A stretch of 64,000 nucleotides of DNA from an uncultured Alphaproteobacteria bacterium (lineage in GTDB: Bacteria; Bacteroidota; Ignavibacteria; OLB7). The stretch spans positions 16,601 through 80,600 of the forward strand of contig CAYWXV010000012.1 in assembly GCA_964462535.1 (NCBI GenBank), read 5' to 3'. Each line of letters begins with the position of its first letter. Positions within the stretch are counted from its first letter, which is position 1. Made by a program: the position numbers and the translations under genes. The notes beneath the pieces were generated by a model. The model saw only the letters and a program-made list of their open reading frames with translations, searched no databases and was not told the origin of the DNA. This document shows positions 47,760 to 59,481 of the stretch, piece by piece.

Positions 47760-49577
47760 ATGACGAGAGCGAAGAGTTTTGTGTGCGGCCTTGCGGTTGT
47801 CCTGGCCCTCCTGATTTCGGCGGCGGTGCAGGCACACGGGCAGTCTGCGGCTGGACGTGTTGCCCTGGGAGCGCATGGAGGATTATCGAAATATTGGGGA
47901 TCATTCACAGACGACCAGTGGTGGTTTGGGGGTGACGTCTTTCTGCGGTGGAATATTACCGACTGGCTTTCGTTCCATCCCCAATTTGGATTGGCATTTC
48001 TGCGCTATAAAACCGCGGGGCAGGATCAACCAGACTATTTCGGAACCGCAGGGTCCGTTGTATACCCCGGCAGCACAATTCCGATCGCTGAGAAGAATCA
48101 GATTCGCGTCAATACATATTCGGCCCTTTTCTCGGTGAATCTCACTCCGAAGGAAAAACTGGTCCCATATCTCTTCGTTGGCGTTGGATTGATGAATTTC
48201 GAGCCGCGAACGCTTGCGGATCTCGACCAGGCTCTCCCAAACAGTCAACGGGGGCTGTATGATCGGAATGGCGTTGTCATACCGGCCGGTGCTGGCGTCG
48301 AGATTTACGCGTCGGATAATGTGGTCCTCAACGCCAAAGCTCAATTTCATTTTACGACCACGGACTTCCTCGACGACTACCAGGATTCCGGATCGACGTC
48401 CAACGACGTCTTTGCAACGCTTGGGCTCGGACTCAGCTACTACATTTTCGGTTCGCTCGATTGTGATGAGGATGGTCTGACAGATTCCGAGGAACGCCAG
48501 ATCGGCACTGATCCGTGCAACGCGGATACGGACGGGGACAGTTTGACCGACCTGGAGGAGGTGCGGACATACAGCACCGATCCCACGAGGGCTGACACGG
48601 ACGGAGACGGGCTCAACGACTACCAGGAGTTGAAGACCTACACCACAAATCCTACAAGCGCGGATACGGACGGTGACGGGTTGAACGATGGTGAGGAAGT
48701 GAACGGTCGAAAGACCGATCCAAAGACTCCCGATACCGATGGCGACGGACTGACCGACGGAGACGAGGTCAAGGTCTACCACACGATTCCGACGTCTGCC
48801 GACACCGATGGGGATGGTCTCACCGACGGAGTGGAGGTGACGGTCCACGGAACGAGCCCGACAATTGCGGACACCGACGGCGATGGACTTAGCGACGGGG
48901 CGGAGATTCAGAAATACAACACAAATCCGAAGAACGCCGACACCGACAATGACGGTCTGAAGGATGGGGAGGAGGTGAAGACCTACAAGACCAATCCGGC
49001 CAAGGCAGATACGGACGATGACAAACTCACGGATGGGGAGGAGGTCATTCGCGTCAAAACCGATCCAAGAAATCCCGATACCGATGGGGACGGTGTGGTT
49101 GATGGGGATGATCGGTGTCCGCTGGTGAAGGGTGTTCCGGAGAGATTCGGGTGCCCGGCGCCGCCGAAGGTCGGGACCATCACGAACTTCCCCGACATCT
49201 TCTTCCTTGTCAATTCGGACGAGTTCGATTTCGGTCGTCCGGAGACATCCGAGAATCTGGCGCGACTACTCCAGTACATCAATCAGTGCGATCAGCTCGG
49301 TGTGATAATCGAGGGGCACGCCTCGCGCGAAGGGAGCGACAAGAGAAACGACACGCTCAGTGACATGCGCGCGCGGAAGGTGAAGACATGGCTGATAGAG
49401 CGAGGCGTGAACCCAGGGAAGATCGACGGGACGATAGGCTACGGCTCGCGACGCAGCGCTGTGGCCGAGCCCGATCCGAAGTCGAAGGAGGCCCGACAGA
49501 TGGACCCGGTCGCGCTGGAAGGTATCCGGAAGCAGAATCGACGCATCGCAGTCAAGGTCAGTCGGACGTGCGACTAG
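47760..49577 (+). CDS. OmpA family outer-membrane protein (beta-barrel + TSP3-like Ca-binding repeats + OmpA C-terminal domain)
   Basis: Signal peptide, 8-strand barrel, DTDGDGL.D.EE repeats, and IEGHAS.EG...N..LS..RA..V...L...NRR. Confidence 0.9.
   Translation: MTRAKSFVCGLAVVLALLISAAVQAHGQSAAGRVALGAHGGLSKYWGSFTDDQWWFGGDVFLRWNITDWLSFHPQFGLAFLRYKTAGQDQPDYFGTAGSVVYPGSTIPIAEKNQIRVNTYSALFSVNLTPKEKLVPYLFVGVGLMNFEPRTLADLDQALPNSQRGLYDRNGVVIPAGAGVEIYASDNVVLNAKAQFHFTTTDFLDDYQDSGSTSNDVFATLGLGLSYYIFGSLDCDEDGLTDSEERQIGTDPCNADTDGDSLTDLEEVRTYSTDPTRADTDGDGLNDYQELKTYTTNPTSADTDGDGLNDGEEVNGRKTDPKTPDTDGDGLTDGDEVKVYHTIPTSADTDGDGLTDGVEVTVHGTSPTIADTDGDGLSDGAEIQKYNTNPKNADTDNDGLKDGEEVKTYKTNPAKADTDDDKLTDGEEVIRVKTDPRNPDTDGDGVVDGDDRCPLVKGVPERFGCPAPPKVGTITNFPDIFFLVNSDEFDFGRPETSENLARLLQYINQCDQLGVIIEGHASREGSDKRNDTLSDMRARKVKTWLIERGVNPGKIDGTIGYGSRRSAVAEPDPKSKEARQMDPVALEGIRKQNRRIAVKVSRTCD
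48459..49120 (+). repeat. Ten ~23-aa thrombospondin type 3-like repeats within the OmpA protein
   Basis: D[TC]D[GEND]DGL[TNSK]D.[ED]E...T.P..A repeated 10 times. Confidence 0.85.
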
Positions 49578-49717
49578 GCCCCTTGGTCGATCGGAGATGA
49601 TATTCCCCGCGCAAGTAAGATCCACGCCACCCTTTTCTGAGGACCAGGGGTGACGACGCTCTATTATTATCCGGTTGGACAACCACCATCGTCCTTCCTT
49701 CTCTATTTTTGCCCCCT

Positions 49718-51181
49718 ATGAAAGCCGGCACGTCCCCCAAGCGAACGCTCTTTGCACCATCGCTACAACACACGAAGATCCTCTGTACCCTCGGTCCGGC
49801 GTGCGCGACCGTCGAGCGGATCCAGCAAATGATCACAGCCGGAGCCGATGCTTTTCGGCTCAACTTCTCTCACTCGAGCCACGAGACGCACAAGAAACTG
49901 TTCGAGATGACGCGCCAGGCGTCGCAGGAGGTTGGTCGCCACATTCCGATTGTTCAGGATCTTCAAGGCCCGAAGATTCGAGTGGGGGGGCTACCAGGTG
50001 GACCGGTTCTGTTGAGACCGGCAACGCAGATCGTGCTTACGTCGGAAACAGTTCCCACGGGCGACGATCGGCTTCCCATCACCTACCGAAAGTTTTCCGA
50101 GGACGTCAAGCCGCGGGACATCATCTATCTCGACGATGGCCTCATATCACTGCGCGTCGAATCGAAGAGCGGCAAGAATGTTGTCTGCACCGTCCTCAAC
50201 GGGGGATTGCTCAAGGAGCACAAGGGGGTGAATCTTCCGGGCGTCGCCGTCAGCGAACCCTCGCTGACAACCAAGGATCGAAAGGATCTCTATTTCGGGC
50301 TGGAGCTTGGGGTCGATTTTGTCGCCCTCTCGTTCGTCCGTTCCGCGCGGGACATTCTCGATCTGAAACGGGTTATCCGCCAGAAGGGGAAGGATACGCC
50401 GGTCATCGCCAAGATCGAGAAGATCGAGGCAATCCGTGACCTGGACGCGATCATCGCGGCGGCCGACGCGGTGATGATCGCCCGTGGCGATCTCGGGGTC
50501 GAGCTTCCGAGCCACGAAGTACCGTTGTTGCAGAAGCGAATCACGAAGAAATGCAACGAGGTGGGGAAGCCGGTCATCACCGCGACACAGATGCTGGAAT
50601 CGATGATCCACAACCCACGGCCAACGCGTGCCGAGTCGAGCGACGTCGCCAACGCCGTCTTCGATGGGACAGACGTCGTGATGCTCTCGGCCGAGACCTC
50701 GGTGGGGGCCTATCCGGTCGAGGCGGTGATCGCGATGAACGACATTATCCGGTCGAGTGAGGCCGGGGTCGCCTTCAACCACACCATCCGTGGGCCTCTC
50801 GACATCTTGAGCGAAAGCAATCGGAAGGAATACGCGCTTGCCTCTGCCGCCTGCGTCCTTTCGGTTCAGGTGAATGCCCGCGCTATTCTCTGCCTTACTT
50901 ACAGCGGATACACAGCGCGCATAATGTCACGGCTTCGTCCCAACGTGCCGATCATCGCGATGGCCCAGGACGAGTCGCTCTGTCGCAGACTGTCACTTTC
51001 TCGCGGGATCTACGCGATGATGATCGAACACCCCGCGAACACCGAGGCGGCAATGGCAAACATGCGCGAGCGGGCCCTGTCTGAGGGGGTTGTGGAGGAG
51101 GGAGACCTCGCGATCTTCACCACCGGATTCCCTCTTGATGCAAAGGCGAGCACCAACATGCTCGTGATGGAGAAGATATAG
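49718..51181 (+). CDS. pyk: Pyruvate kinase
   Basis: TKILCTLGPA, RLNFSH, DLQGPKIR, KGVNLPG, IAKIE, MIARGDLGVE, ATQMLESM and MLSAET; a TATTTTTG box at 49704 favours ATG 49718. Confidence 0.97.
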   Translation: MKAGTSPKRTLFAPSLQHTKILCTLGPACATVERIQQMITAGADAFRLNFSHSSHETHKKLFEMTRQASQEVGRHIPIVQDLQGPKIRVGGLPGGPVLLRPATQIVLTSETVPTGDDRLPITYRKFSEDVKPRDIIYLDDGLISLRVESKSGKNVVCTVLNGGLLKEHKGVNLPGVAVSEPSLTTKDRKDLYFGLELGVDFVALSFVRSARDILDLKRVIRQKGKDTPVIAKIEKIEAIRDLDAIIAAADAVMIARGDLGVELPSHEVPLLQKRITKKCNEVGKPVITATQMLESMIHNPRPTRAESSDVANAVFDGTDVVMLSAETSVGAYPVEAVIAMNDIIRSSEAGVAFNHTIRGPLDILSESNRKEYALASAACVLSVQVNARAILCLTYSGYTARIMSRLRPNVPIIAMAQDESLCRRLSLSRGIYAMMIEHPANTEAAMANMRERALSEGVVEEGDLAIFTTGFPLDAKASTNMLVMEKI

Positions 51182-51220
51182 GGGGGCAACGATTTCTTGC
51201 CCGTGTCCTTCCCACCCGGT

Positions 51221-51228
51221 TATATTTG
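51221..51228 (+). promoter_or_regulatory. Bacteroidota-type -7 box for the secD-secF-STAS-purA cluster
   Basis: TTGC-N20-TATATTTG(CG). Confidence 0.6.
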
Positions 51229-51327
51229 CGGTCTTTCCGAAACAACCCGGACGGGGTTCCGATCCCGCCCGGGTTGCGCATGCCGCCCCCTTTCTGGCGG
51301 AATTCTGCACTACGTGGAGCATACTCC

Positions 51328-53565
51328 GTGAAATCGTCAACGGTTCGACTGTTTCTCATTGCCGCCGCCCTCGTCGCCTCGGTCTGGGCACTCCTCCCTA
51401 CGTTTCAGGCCAACAGCCTGGCCGATGAACGGAGCGGGTTGCGCGAAAAACTGAATGTGTCGCGCGCGCGCTGGATCAAGTCCCATTCCGGCGCCGACTC
51501 CGCCGCCTACCTGAAGGACTCCCTCGCGCTTCATAAGTGGGACTCCATTCATGGCGTCGACTTTCGCGCGCAGCAGAAGAACTTCCTCGCCCATCCCATC
51601 AAACTCGGTCTCGATCTCCAGGGGGGTATCTATATCACCATGGAAGTCGACGTCCCTGCGCTTCTCGCAGAGTCGGCGGCTCGCGAGGCGGTCGATGCGA
51701 CATTTGAGGAGGTGATGGAGGCGACACGCGCGGAGGCGCAGAGCTCGGACGAGGCGGTGCTCGACATCTTCGTTCGACAGTTCGACAGGATCGCCCGCCC
51801 CCGTGGGAAGCAAATGTTCAACTACTTCGACCTCAAGCTTGGGGATGACGTGACAGATGATGTCATTATTCAGCGTCTACAGAGGAACATCGAAGACGCC
51901 GTTGACCAGGCGACGGAGGTCATCCGACAGCGAATCGACAAGTATGGCGTGGCGGAACCGACAATCCAGAAGACAGGACGTCGCGTTATCGTCGAGCTGC
52001 CGGGTGTCGATAACGAGGACGAAGTTCGGAGCCTGCTTCAGACGACGGCCCGTCTGGAGTTCAAAATGGTCTACACAAATGCGGACGCCATCCGGTTGAT
52101 CCGCAAGATCGATAGAGTGCTTGCGGGAAAGGTCGACGTTGACACCGCCTCGACTCCGACGACGGACACTACAACGTCGAATGACGCCAAGCCGGGCGAC
52201 ACGACCGTGGCGGATACGAAGAAGCCGGACACGACTGGCGGAAAGAAGGGTGACACGACGAAGAACCGCACCGACTCCACGCCCCCGGCCAACGACACGG
52301 CGAACGGCAAGAACGATACCGGCAAGAAGTCGGACAACCCGTACGAGGGGCTTCCTCCGGCTGAGCAGCAGAAGCGTTTCGCTGCAGACCATCCGTTCGG
52401 TCGATTCCTGTTTGCCGGCACCGTTCGTCAGCAGGGTCAGGACCAGGGGCAGCAGCTGAACGAGGCCCAGATGGCCGGCCTGCTTGTACAAAGCGAGGAC
52501 AAGATTCCTGCGGGAGACTACTCGCTCTACATCCCGTACGAAGGGATCGCAAAGATGCAGGAGTACCTGAATCGTCCGGATGTGAAGGCCGCTATTCCCG
52601 ACAGCTTGATGATCGTCTTCACGGCTCACCCGGAGTTCGGAGGCGATCCAACGAATCGCAAGATTGGTGCGTATGGTCTGTACGTCGTCTCGGCGGATGC
52701 ATCTCTCACCGGTGAGTACGTCACCGACGCCATGGAGGACCTCGATCCACAGACGGGTCGTCCAATGGTTCGCATGGAGATGAACGCCGAAGGTGCGGAA
52801 CGATGGGCCGATATCACTGGGCGCAACATCAAGAAGCGAGTGGCTATCGTCCTTGACGGTCTTGTCTACTCGGCCCCAACGGTACAGAACAAGATTGCCG
52901 GCGGGAGTTCGCAGATCACCGGCTCGCAGGATATGAAGGAAGCACAGCTTCTGAAGATCGTGCTGAAGGCAGGTGCGTTGAAGGCGCCGATCAAGATTAT
53001 CGAGGAACGACTTGTTGGACCTTCGCTTGGCGAGGATTCTATCCGTCAGGGCTTGAATGCCCTCCTGTTCGCGGCTGGCCTCGTTATTCTCTTCATGGCC
53101 ATTTACTACGCCGTGGGCGGTATCATCGCCGACATCGCCGTGATCCTCAACGTTCTGATCACGCTCTCGATTCTTGCTGCGTTTGGCGCAACACTGACGC
53201 TACCGGGAATCGGGGGTATCGTGCTGACGATAGGTATGGCGGTCGATGCGAACATCCTGGTGTATGAACGAATACGCGAGGAACTGTCATATGGCAAGGG
53301 ATTGAAGAGCGCCGTCCAGATCGGATACGAAAAGGCATTCGTCGCCATTTTCGACTCCAACGTAACGACGTTCATGACCGGTGTTATCCTCTATGCGCTA
53401 GGGAGCGGTCCGATCCAGGGATTCGCGGTGACGCTGATGATCGGTATCCTGGTAACCCTGTTCACGGCTGTCTTCATGACGCGCACGCTCTTCATGGTCC
53501 TGTTGGATCGTGGGGTCGGGTCAATCAGCTTCGGGCAGCCGCGTGCAGCACTTCAGGAGAGCTAG
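51328..53565 (+). CDS. secD: Protein translocase subunit SecD
   Basis: LGLDLQGG, RIDKYGVAEP, VELPG, AIVLDG, VGPSLG, MAVDANILVYERIREE and GFAVTL; GTG start at 51328. Confidence 0.96.
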   Translation: MKSSTVRLFLIAAALVASVWALLPTFQANSLADERSGLREKLNVSRARWIKSHSGADSAAYLKDSLALHKWDSIHGVDFRAQQKNFLAHPIKLGLDLQGGIYITMEVDVPALLAESAAREAVDATFEEVMEATRAEAQSSDEAVLDIFVRQFDRIARPRGKQMFNYFDLKLGDDVTDDVIIQRLQRNIEDAVDQATEVIRQRIDKYGVAEPTIQKTGRRVIVELPGVDNEDEVRSLLQTTARLEFKMVYTNADAIRLIRKIDRVLAGKVDVDTASTPTTDTTTSNDAKPGDTTVADTKKPDTTGGKKGDTTKNRTDSTPPANDTANGKNDTGKKSDNPYEGLPPAEQQKRFAADHPFGRFLFAGTVRQQGQDQGQQLNEAQMAGLLVQSEDKIPAGDYSLYIPYEGIAKMQEYLNRPDVKAAIPDSLMIVFTAHPEFGGDPTNRKIGAYGLYVVSADASLTGEYVTDAMEDLDPQTGRPMVRMEMNAEGAERWADITGRNIKKRVAIVLDGLVYSAPTVQNKIAGGSSQITGSQDMKEAQLLKIVLKAGALKAPIKIIEERLVGPSLGEDSIRQGLNALLFAAGLVILFMAIYYAVGGIIADIAVILNVLITLSILAAFGATLTLPGIGGIVLTIGMAVDANILVYERIREELSYGKGLKSAVQIGYEKAFVAIFDSNVTTFMTGVILYALGSGPIQGFAVTLMIGILVTLFTAVFMTRTLFMVLLDRGVGSISFGQPRAALQES

Positions 53566-53638
53566 CACGGGGAAGCCCGGCATTCTCATCGACCGATAAC
53601 CGAAACAGACACCTGACACCCCCTGGCGGGAAATACAC

Positions 53639-54691
53639 ATGCAGTTCTTCAAGAACACTCACATCGACTTCATCGGCAAGAGACGATTCTTCTATATCGT
53701 TTCTGTCACGATCACGGTCCTCGGATTGGTGGTCGCGTTTGCTCGCGGAGTCAAGTTCGGCATCGATTTCGAGGGGGGGACGGAGGCCGCCTTCGCGTTT
53801 TCGAAGACGGTTGAGACGAACCAGATTCGTTCGGCCATCAGCGCCGCAGGATTTGAAGGGGCCGAAATCAAGTCGTTTGGAAAGGAGAATCAGTTCCTTG
53901 TTCGGGTCAAGCACGCTGAGGGCAGTGCGAAGGACGTGACGTCCAAACAGAAGGGGGAGAGCCTGCAGAAGCTCAGTGATCAACTTCTTGAGACTCTGAA
54001 GAAGTCGTTTTCGGGCACGGAAGTGACGTTGTTGAAGGTCGACAATATCGGGCCGAAGATCGGACAGGAACTGAGAACCAAGGCCATCTACGCCGTTGTC
54101 GCCTCAATTGTCCTCATCCTCCTCTACATTGCCTTCCGGTTTGAGTGGGTATATGGACTGGGGGCGGTCATTGCTCTCGTCCACGACGTACTCGTCGCAT
54201 TCGCTGGTGCCGTGATTCTGAACGGTGTGTTCGGCCTCAATCTTGAAATGAATCAAGGGCAGTTGGCGGCATTTCTCACGGTAGTCGGGTTCTCGATCAA
54301 CGATACGGTGATCATCTTCGATCGCATTCGTGAGAACAAAAAGATTCATCGTGGCGAGAACCTATTGATGTTGATGAACCGCTCCATCAATGAGACCCTG
54401 CCACGGACCATTAACACGGCCTTGACCGTCGTTCTGGTGTTGACGATCATGGTCCTTTTCGCCGGTGATGTGTTGCAGGGATTCGCGTTTACGATGCTGG
54501 TCGGTATCATCACCGGTACCTACTCGTCGATCTATATCGCGAGCGCATTCGTCGTCGATGTAATGATCAAGCGGAAGCATCTGGATGCCAACGCAGAACG
54601 CGACTTCCAGACAAAGCGCGATCGCGAGCTTGAGGCTCGAAAGGGGAATGCATCCCTCTCCAAGTCGGGCGCGAAGGCCCGTGCTATCTAA
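53639..54691 (+). CDS. secF: Protein translocase subunit SecF
   Basis: GIDFEGGT, IGPKIG, GFSINDTVIIFDRIREN, RTINT and GTYSSIYIA. Confidence 0.96.
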   Translation: MQFFKNTHIDFIGKRRFFYIVSVTITVLGLVVAFARGVKFGIDFEGGTEAAFAFSKTVETNQIRSAISAAGFEGAEIKSFGKENQFLVRVKHAEGSAKDVTSKQKGESLQKLSDQLLETLKKSFSGTEVTLLKVDNIGPKIGQELRTKAIYAVVASIVLILLYIAFRFEWVYGLGAVIALVHDVLVAFAGAVILNGVFGLNLEMNQGQLAAFLTVVGFSINDTVIIFDRIRENKKIHRGENLLMLMNRSINETLPRTINTALTVVLVLTIMVLFAGDVLQGFAFTMLVGIITGTYSSIYIASAFVVDVMIKRKHLDANAERDFQTKRDRELEARKGNASLSKSGAKARAI

Positions 54692-54700
54692 TCCGACGTC

Positions 54701-56409
<1,709 letters not shown>

Positions 56410-56423
56410 ATTCTGGTTCCTGG

Positions 56424-57310
56424 TTGGCACCTGAGGATTGTCTTCAACACCCTGGTCCGTGTTCCTCAACTCCATCTACGCACTCGGATTTCAAACTTCG
56501 TGTCGCCCGATTCTCGGATGCGGAACTTCTCTCCGCACGGGAGAAGCGTGACGATTACCTGGCGCAGGCAGTGGAGGTATTTCAGCACGAGCTGGAAACG
56601 CGGGGTGGTGTCGTCGCTGCCACAGCGAGAGTCAACGAGCAACAGGCCATCCAGGAGGCTGTTGAGATGCACGAGATCTATGCGTTGCACTCCTCGTCGC
56701 TCACGGCAGCGCACCTCCGGTACGCCTCATTCGCTCCATGTTTTGCGCCTTTACGTCGTGCGAATTGAACAGTCTCGCGAGGCGCAGGTGTCCCGACAGT
56801 CTACTACGAGCGCATCGCGGCGACTTCCGTGCTCGTGAACAGCGACCTGCGCCACAGGGAGGAGGTCGACGCAATCGTTGCGCGAATTACCGGTGTAGGG
56901 ATTTCGGATGGGGCGGCGAGAAGTCGTGTGGAAGATCGACACGAGACCATGAGCAGGAGGCTGATGCGGCGACAGATCGTCCTCAGTTCGTTGCGCGCAC
57001 AATCTTCGGCGGAGCGGCTGCAACGATCATGGGCTCGATCTTTGTCAGCGTCAAGCTCATTGTGGCCCAACGCGTGATCATCATTGGTTCCGTTGCTCGG
57101 CTTCGTGTGGTGTGGTATCGTGCGATGGGCATCGGGCTGGAAGAAGTCGACGGCGGTCACGATCACCACAAGGGCCGCCTTGCCTTATCCCTCGTCATCG
57201 GATCGCTCGTGATGGTCAGCCACGGAGGGCTGCTCGGATCGCCCGAAGACTCCAGGCAGACTGATGAATGCCTCTCCGATCATGAGGCTCTGCAAATCAC
57301 ACAGCGTTGA
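56424..57310 (+). pseudogene. Possible decayed membrane-protein gene
   Basis: Protein-like text (FSDAELL...DDYLAQAVEVFQHELETRG) continues in frame across TGA 56766-56768 (TVSRGAGVPTVYYERIAA...), and hydrophobic segments then appear in a different frame up to 57310. Confidence 0.35.
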
Positions 57311-57366
57311 GCTCGCGTGTCGTTCAACACCCTCCGAAGCCCTCTCGATCACCATCAACCCAGTCG

Positions 57367-59253
57367 TCAACGTGTCGTGTCGGGAAGGAGCGAACTTTCC
57401 TGGACATCCGCGCTGTCCCATGGGGCAACCGGTGTCAGCGCCTGCGGAATACCGGCGCTGGAGTCACGCGTCCCAACCACACCATCTTCCTCCCTGTGTC
57501 GTGTCAGGTAGAACCGAATGAGCTTCCGCGCAATTGGCGCCGAATAGGTTCCACCGAACCCTGAGTTCTCGACCAGAACACACATGGCAATCTGCGGCTT
57601 CTCGTAGGGTGCGTAGCAGACGAACCATGCGTGGTCACGCTTTCCCTTTCCGGCCTGTGCTGTGCCAGTCTTACCCGCCACCTTGATGTCTGCCATGCGG
57701 GCGCCGGAGGCTGTACCACCCGGTGTGTTGACGACATCGAACATCCCCTGATGAACCAGGTCCATGATATCGCGGGGGATGTGGAGATCCTCCGATTCGT
57801 ACTTCACCGAATCGTACGTGCCGAGCTGGACATTGCGAATCCCCCGGACAAGGTGCGGTTGGTTCCAGACGCCTCCATTCGCAATTGCTGCGACGTAGGC
57901 CGCAAGCTGCACAGGGCTCACACCAAGCTCCCCCTGACCAATACCCAGGTTCACCAGGACGTACTGCCCCCACTTCCCCTGTCCAAATGCCTTGTCGTAG
58001 TATTCGCGGGACGGCAGACGGGTCCGCCCCTCGGTTACATCGAGATCGAGACGTTCCCCGAAGTGGAACATCTTTCCGTACTTGGTATAGTTCTCGATCC
58101 CCAGTTGAAGTGCCAGTTTGTAGAAGAAGACGTTGCACGAGACATGAATCGCCTTCCGCGCGTTGACGGCTCCATGTGCCCCGTGGCATTTCCACGTGTT
58201 ACCGCCATACGAGAACGACCCTGGGCACGAGATCGTCGAGGTGGGAGTGATGATGCCCTCCATCAGTCCCGCGATCGCCATCAACATTTTCCATGTGGAG
58301 CCGGGAGGGTAGATGGCCTGCGTTGCGCGGTTCAGCAGCGGTTTCGCCGGGTCGTCGGCCAGGGCCTTGTATTCCTTTGGAGACGTTATTCCCGAGAAGA
58401 CCAACGGATCGAAATCGGGTGAGCTCGCCATTGCCAGAATCTCGCCGTTGGTGGGGTCGAGCGCAACGACAGCACCGCGGTAACCCTTCAGACATTCTTC
58501 AGCATACTCCTGAAGCTTGATGTCGAGTCCCAGATAGAGATCGAAGCCGTTTGAGGGGAGGCGGTCGCTACGGCCGTCGGCAAAGGGTGCAACCCTCTGT
58601 CCGCGACTGTTGACCATCACGAACTCGTACCCCTTTTCTCCGCGCAGGTAGTCTTCCCAGGCCTTTTCGATACCAATCTTTCCGATGATGTCTCCGGGCT
58701 CATACCAGTCTCCGGCCCGCTGAATCTCTGCCCGATCGATCTCCTTCGTGTACCCGAGTATGTGGCTGGCGCGCGCGTTTGACACGTATGCCCGTTTGGA
58801 CTCGTCGACGATATCCACGCCTCTCAGTTCGGTATGGCGTTCGTTGAGGATTGCCCACGCTTGTGCATCCACGTCGCGCCAGATACGGACCGGCGAGTAG
58901 TCGTTGACCTTGTACTGCTCGATCTTGCTGTTGATCGTTGCCGTGTCGGTCTTCAGAATGCGCGCCAGCATCTCCTTCGTGTGGGGGGTGATTCTGTTGG
59001 GCGTGACCACGACGGCGTACCCCGGGAAGTTCCCCACGATCGGGTTCTTATACCGATCATAGATTGCTCCTCGGATGGGCATTCGGACATTCTTCTTGAT
59101 ACCCTGCGCATCGCTACGGACGCGATAGACCGCACCCTCGATAATCTGCAGTTGGAAGAGTCGCCCGATGAAGATGAAGAGGACGAGAGCCGTGGCAATG
59201 ACGAAGATCCGGCGGCGCAAGGGGCTGCCGAAGCTGTCGCTGTCGATGGACAT
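57367..59253 (-). CDS. mrdA: Penicillin-binding protein 2
   Basis: RGAIYDR, GKIGIE, SxxK (PGSTWKM), SCNVFFY and KTGTAQ; ATG 59253, and the ORF-track extension is spurious. Confidence 0.95.
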   Translation of the reverse strand: MSIDSDSFGSPLRRRIFVIATALVLFIFIGRLFQLQIIEGAVYRVRSDAQGIKKNVRMPIRGAIYDRYKNPIVGNFPGYAVVVTPNRITPHTKEMLARILKTDTATINSKIEQYKVNDYSPVRIWRDVDAQAWAILNERHTELRGVDIVDESKRAYVSNARASHILGYTKEIDRAEIQRAGDWYEPGDIIGKIGIEKAWEDYLRGEKGYEFVMVNSRGQRVAPFADGRSDRLPSNGFDLYLGLDIKLQEYAEECLKGYRGAVVALDPTNGEILAMASSPDFDPLVFSGITSPKEYKALADDPAKPLLNRATQAIYPPGSTWKMLMAIAGLMEGIITPTSTISCPGSFSYGGNTWKCHGAHGAVNARKAIHVSCNVFFYKLALQLGIENYTKYGKMFHFGERLDLDVTEGRTRLPSREYYDKAFGQGKWGQYVLVNLGIGQGELGVSPVQLAAYVAAIANGGVWNQPHLVRGIRNVQLGTYDSVKYESEDLHIPRDIMDLVHQGMFDVVNTPGGTASGARMADIKVAGKTGTAQAGKGKRDHAWFVCYAPYEKPQIAMCVLVENSGFGGTYSAPIARKLIRFYLTRHREEDGVVGTRDSSAGIPQALTPVAPWDSADVQESSLLPDTTR

Positions 59254-59423
59254 GGCGACGGGGAGACTGTGTTTGTGACAAGAAGGAGCCGGGTGGAAGC
59301 CCGGTGAGTCCCGGTTTGGACGGCGTTCCGGGGTTGTCGGCGAAGATACGACACTACCGGAAACGATCAGCTCGAACACGGATTGCAACGCTCCCGTCCC
59401 TTCCCCGGCCCTTCGCCATTTCG

Positions 59424-59431
59424 TATGTTTG
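59424..59431 (+). promoter_or_regulatory. Bacteroidota-type -7 box for sucD
   Basis: TATGTTTG(CC), 51 bp upstream of the ATG. Confidence 0.55.
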
Positions 59432-59481
59432 CCTCTCTTTTTCCACGAACGACACACCAACACTACCGAAGGCCGAGCGCT

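Noticed and set aside
56766-56768. Selenocysteine or TGA-Trp readthrough
   Set aside because: TGA is the normal stop for many genes in the window, there is no Cys-type redox context or SECIS-like hairpin, and a further frameshift would still be needed.
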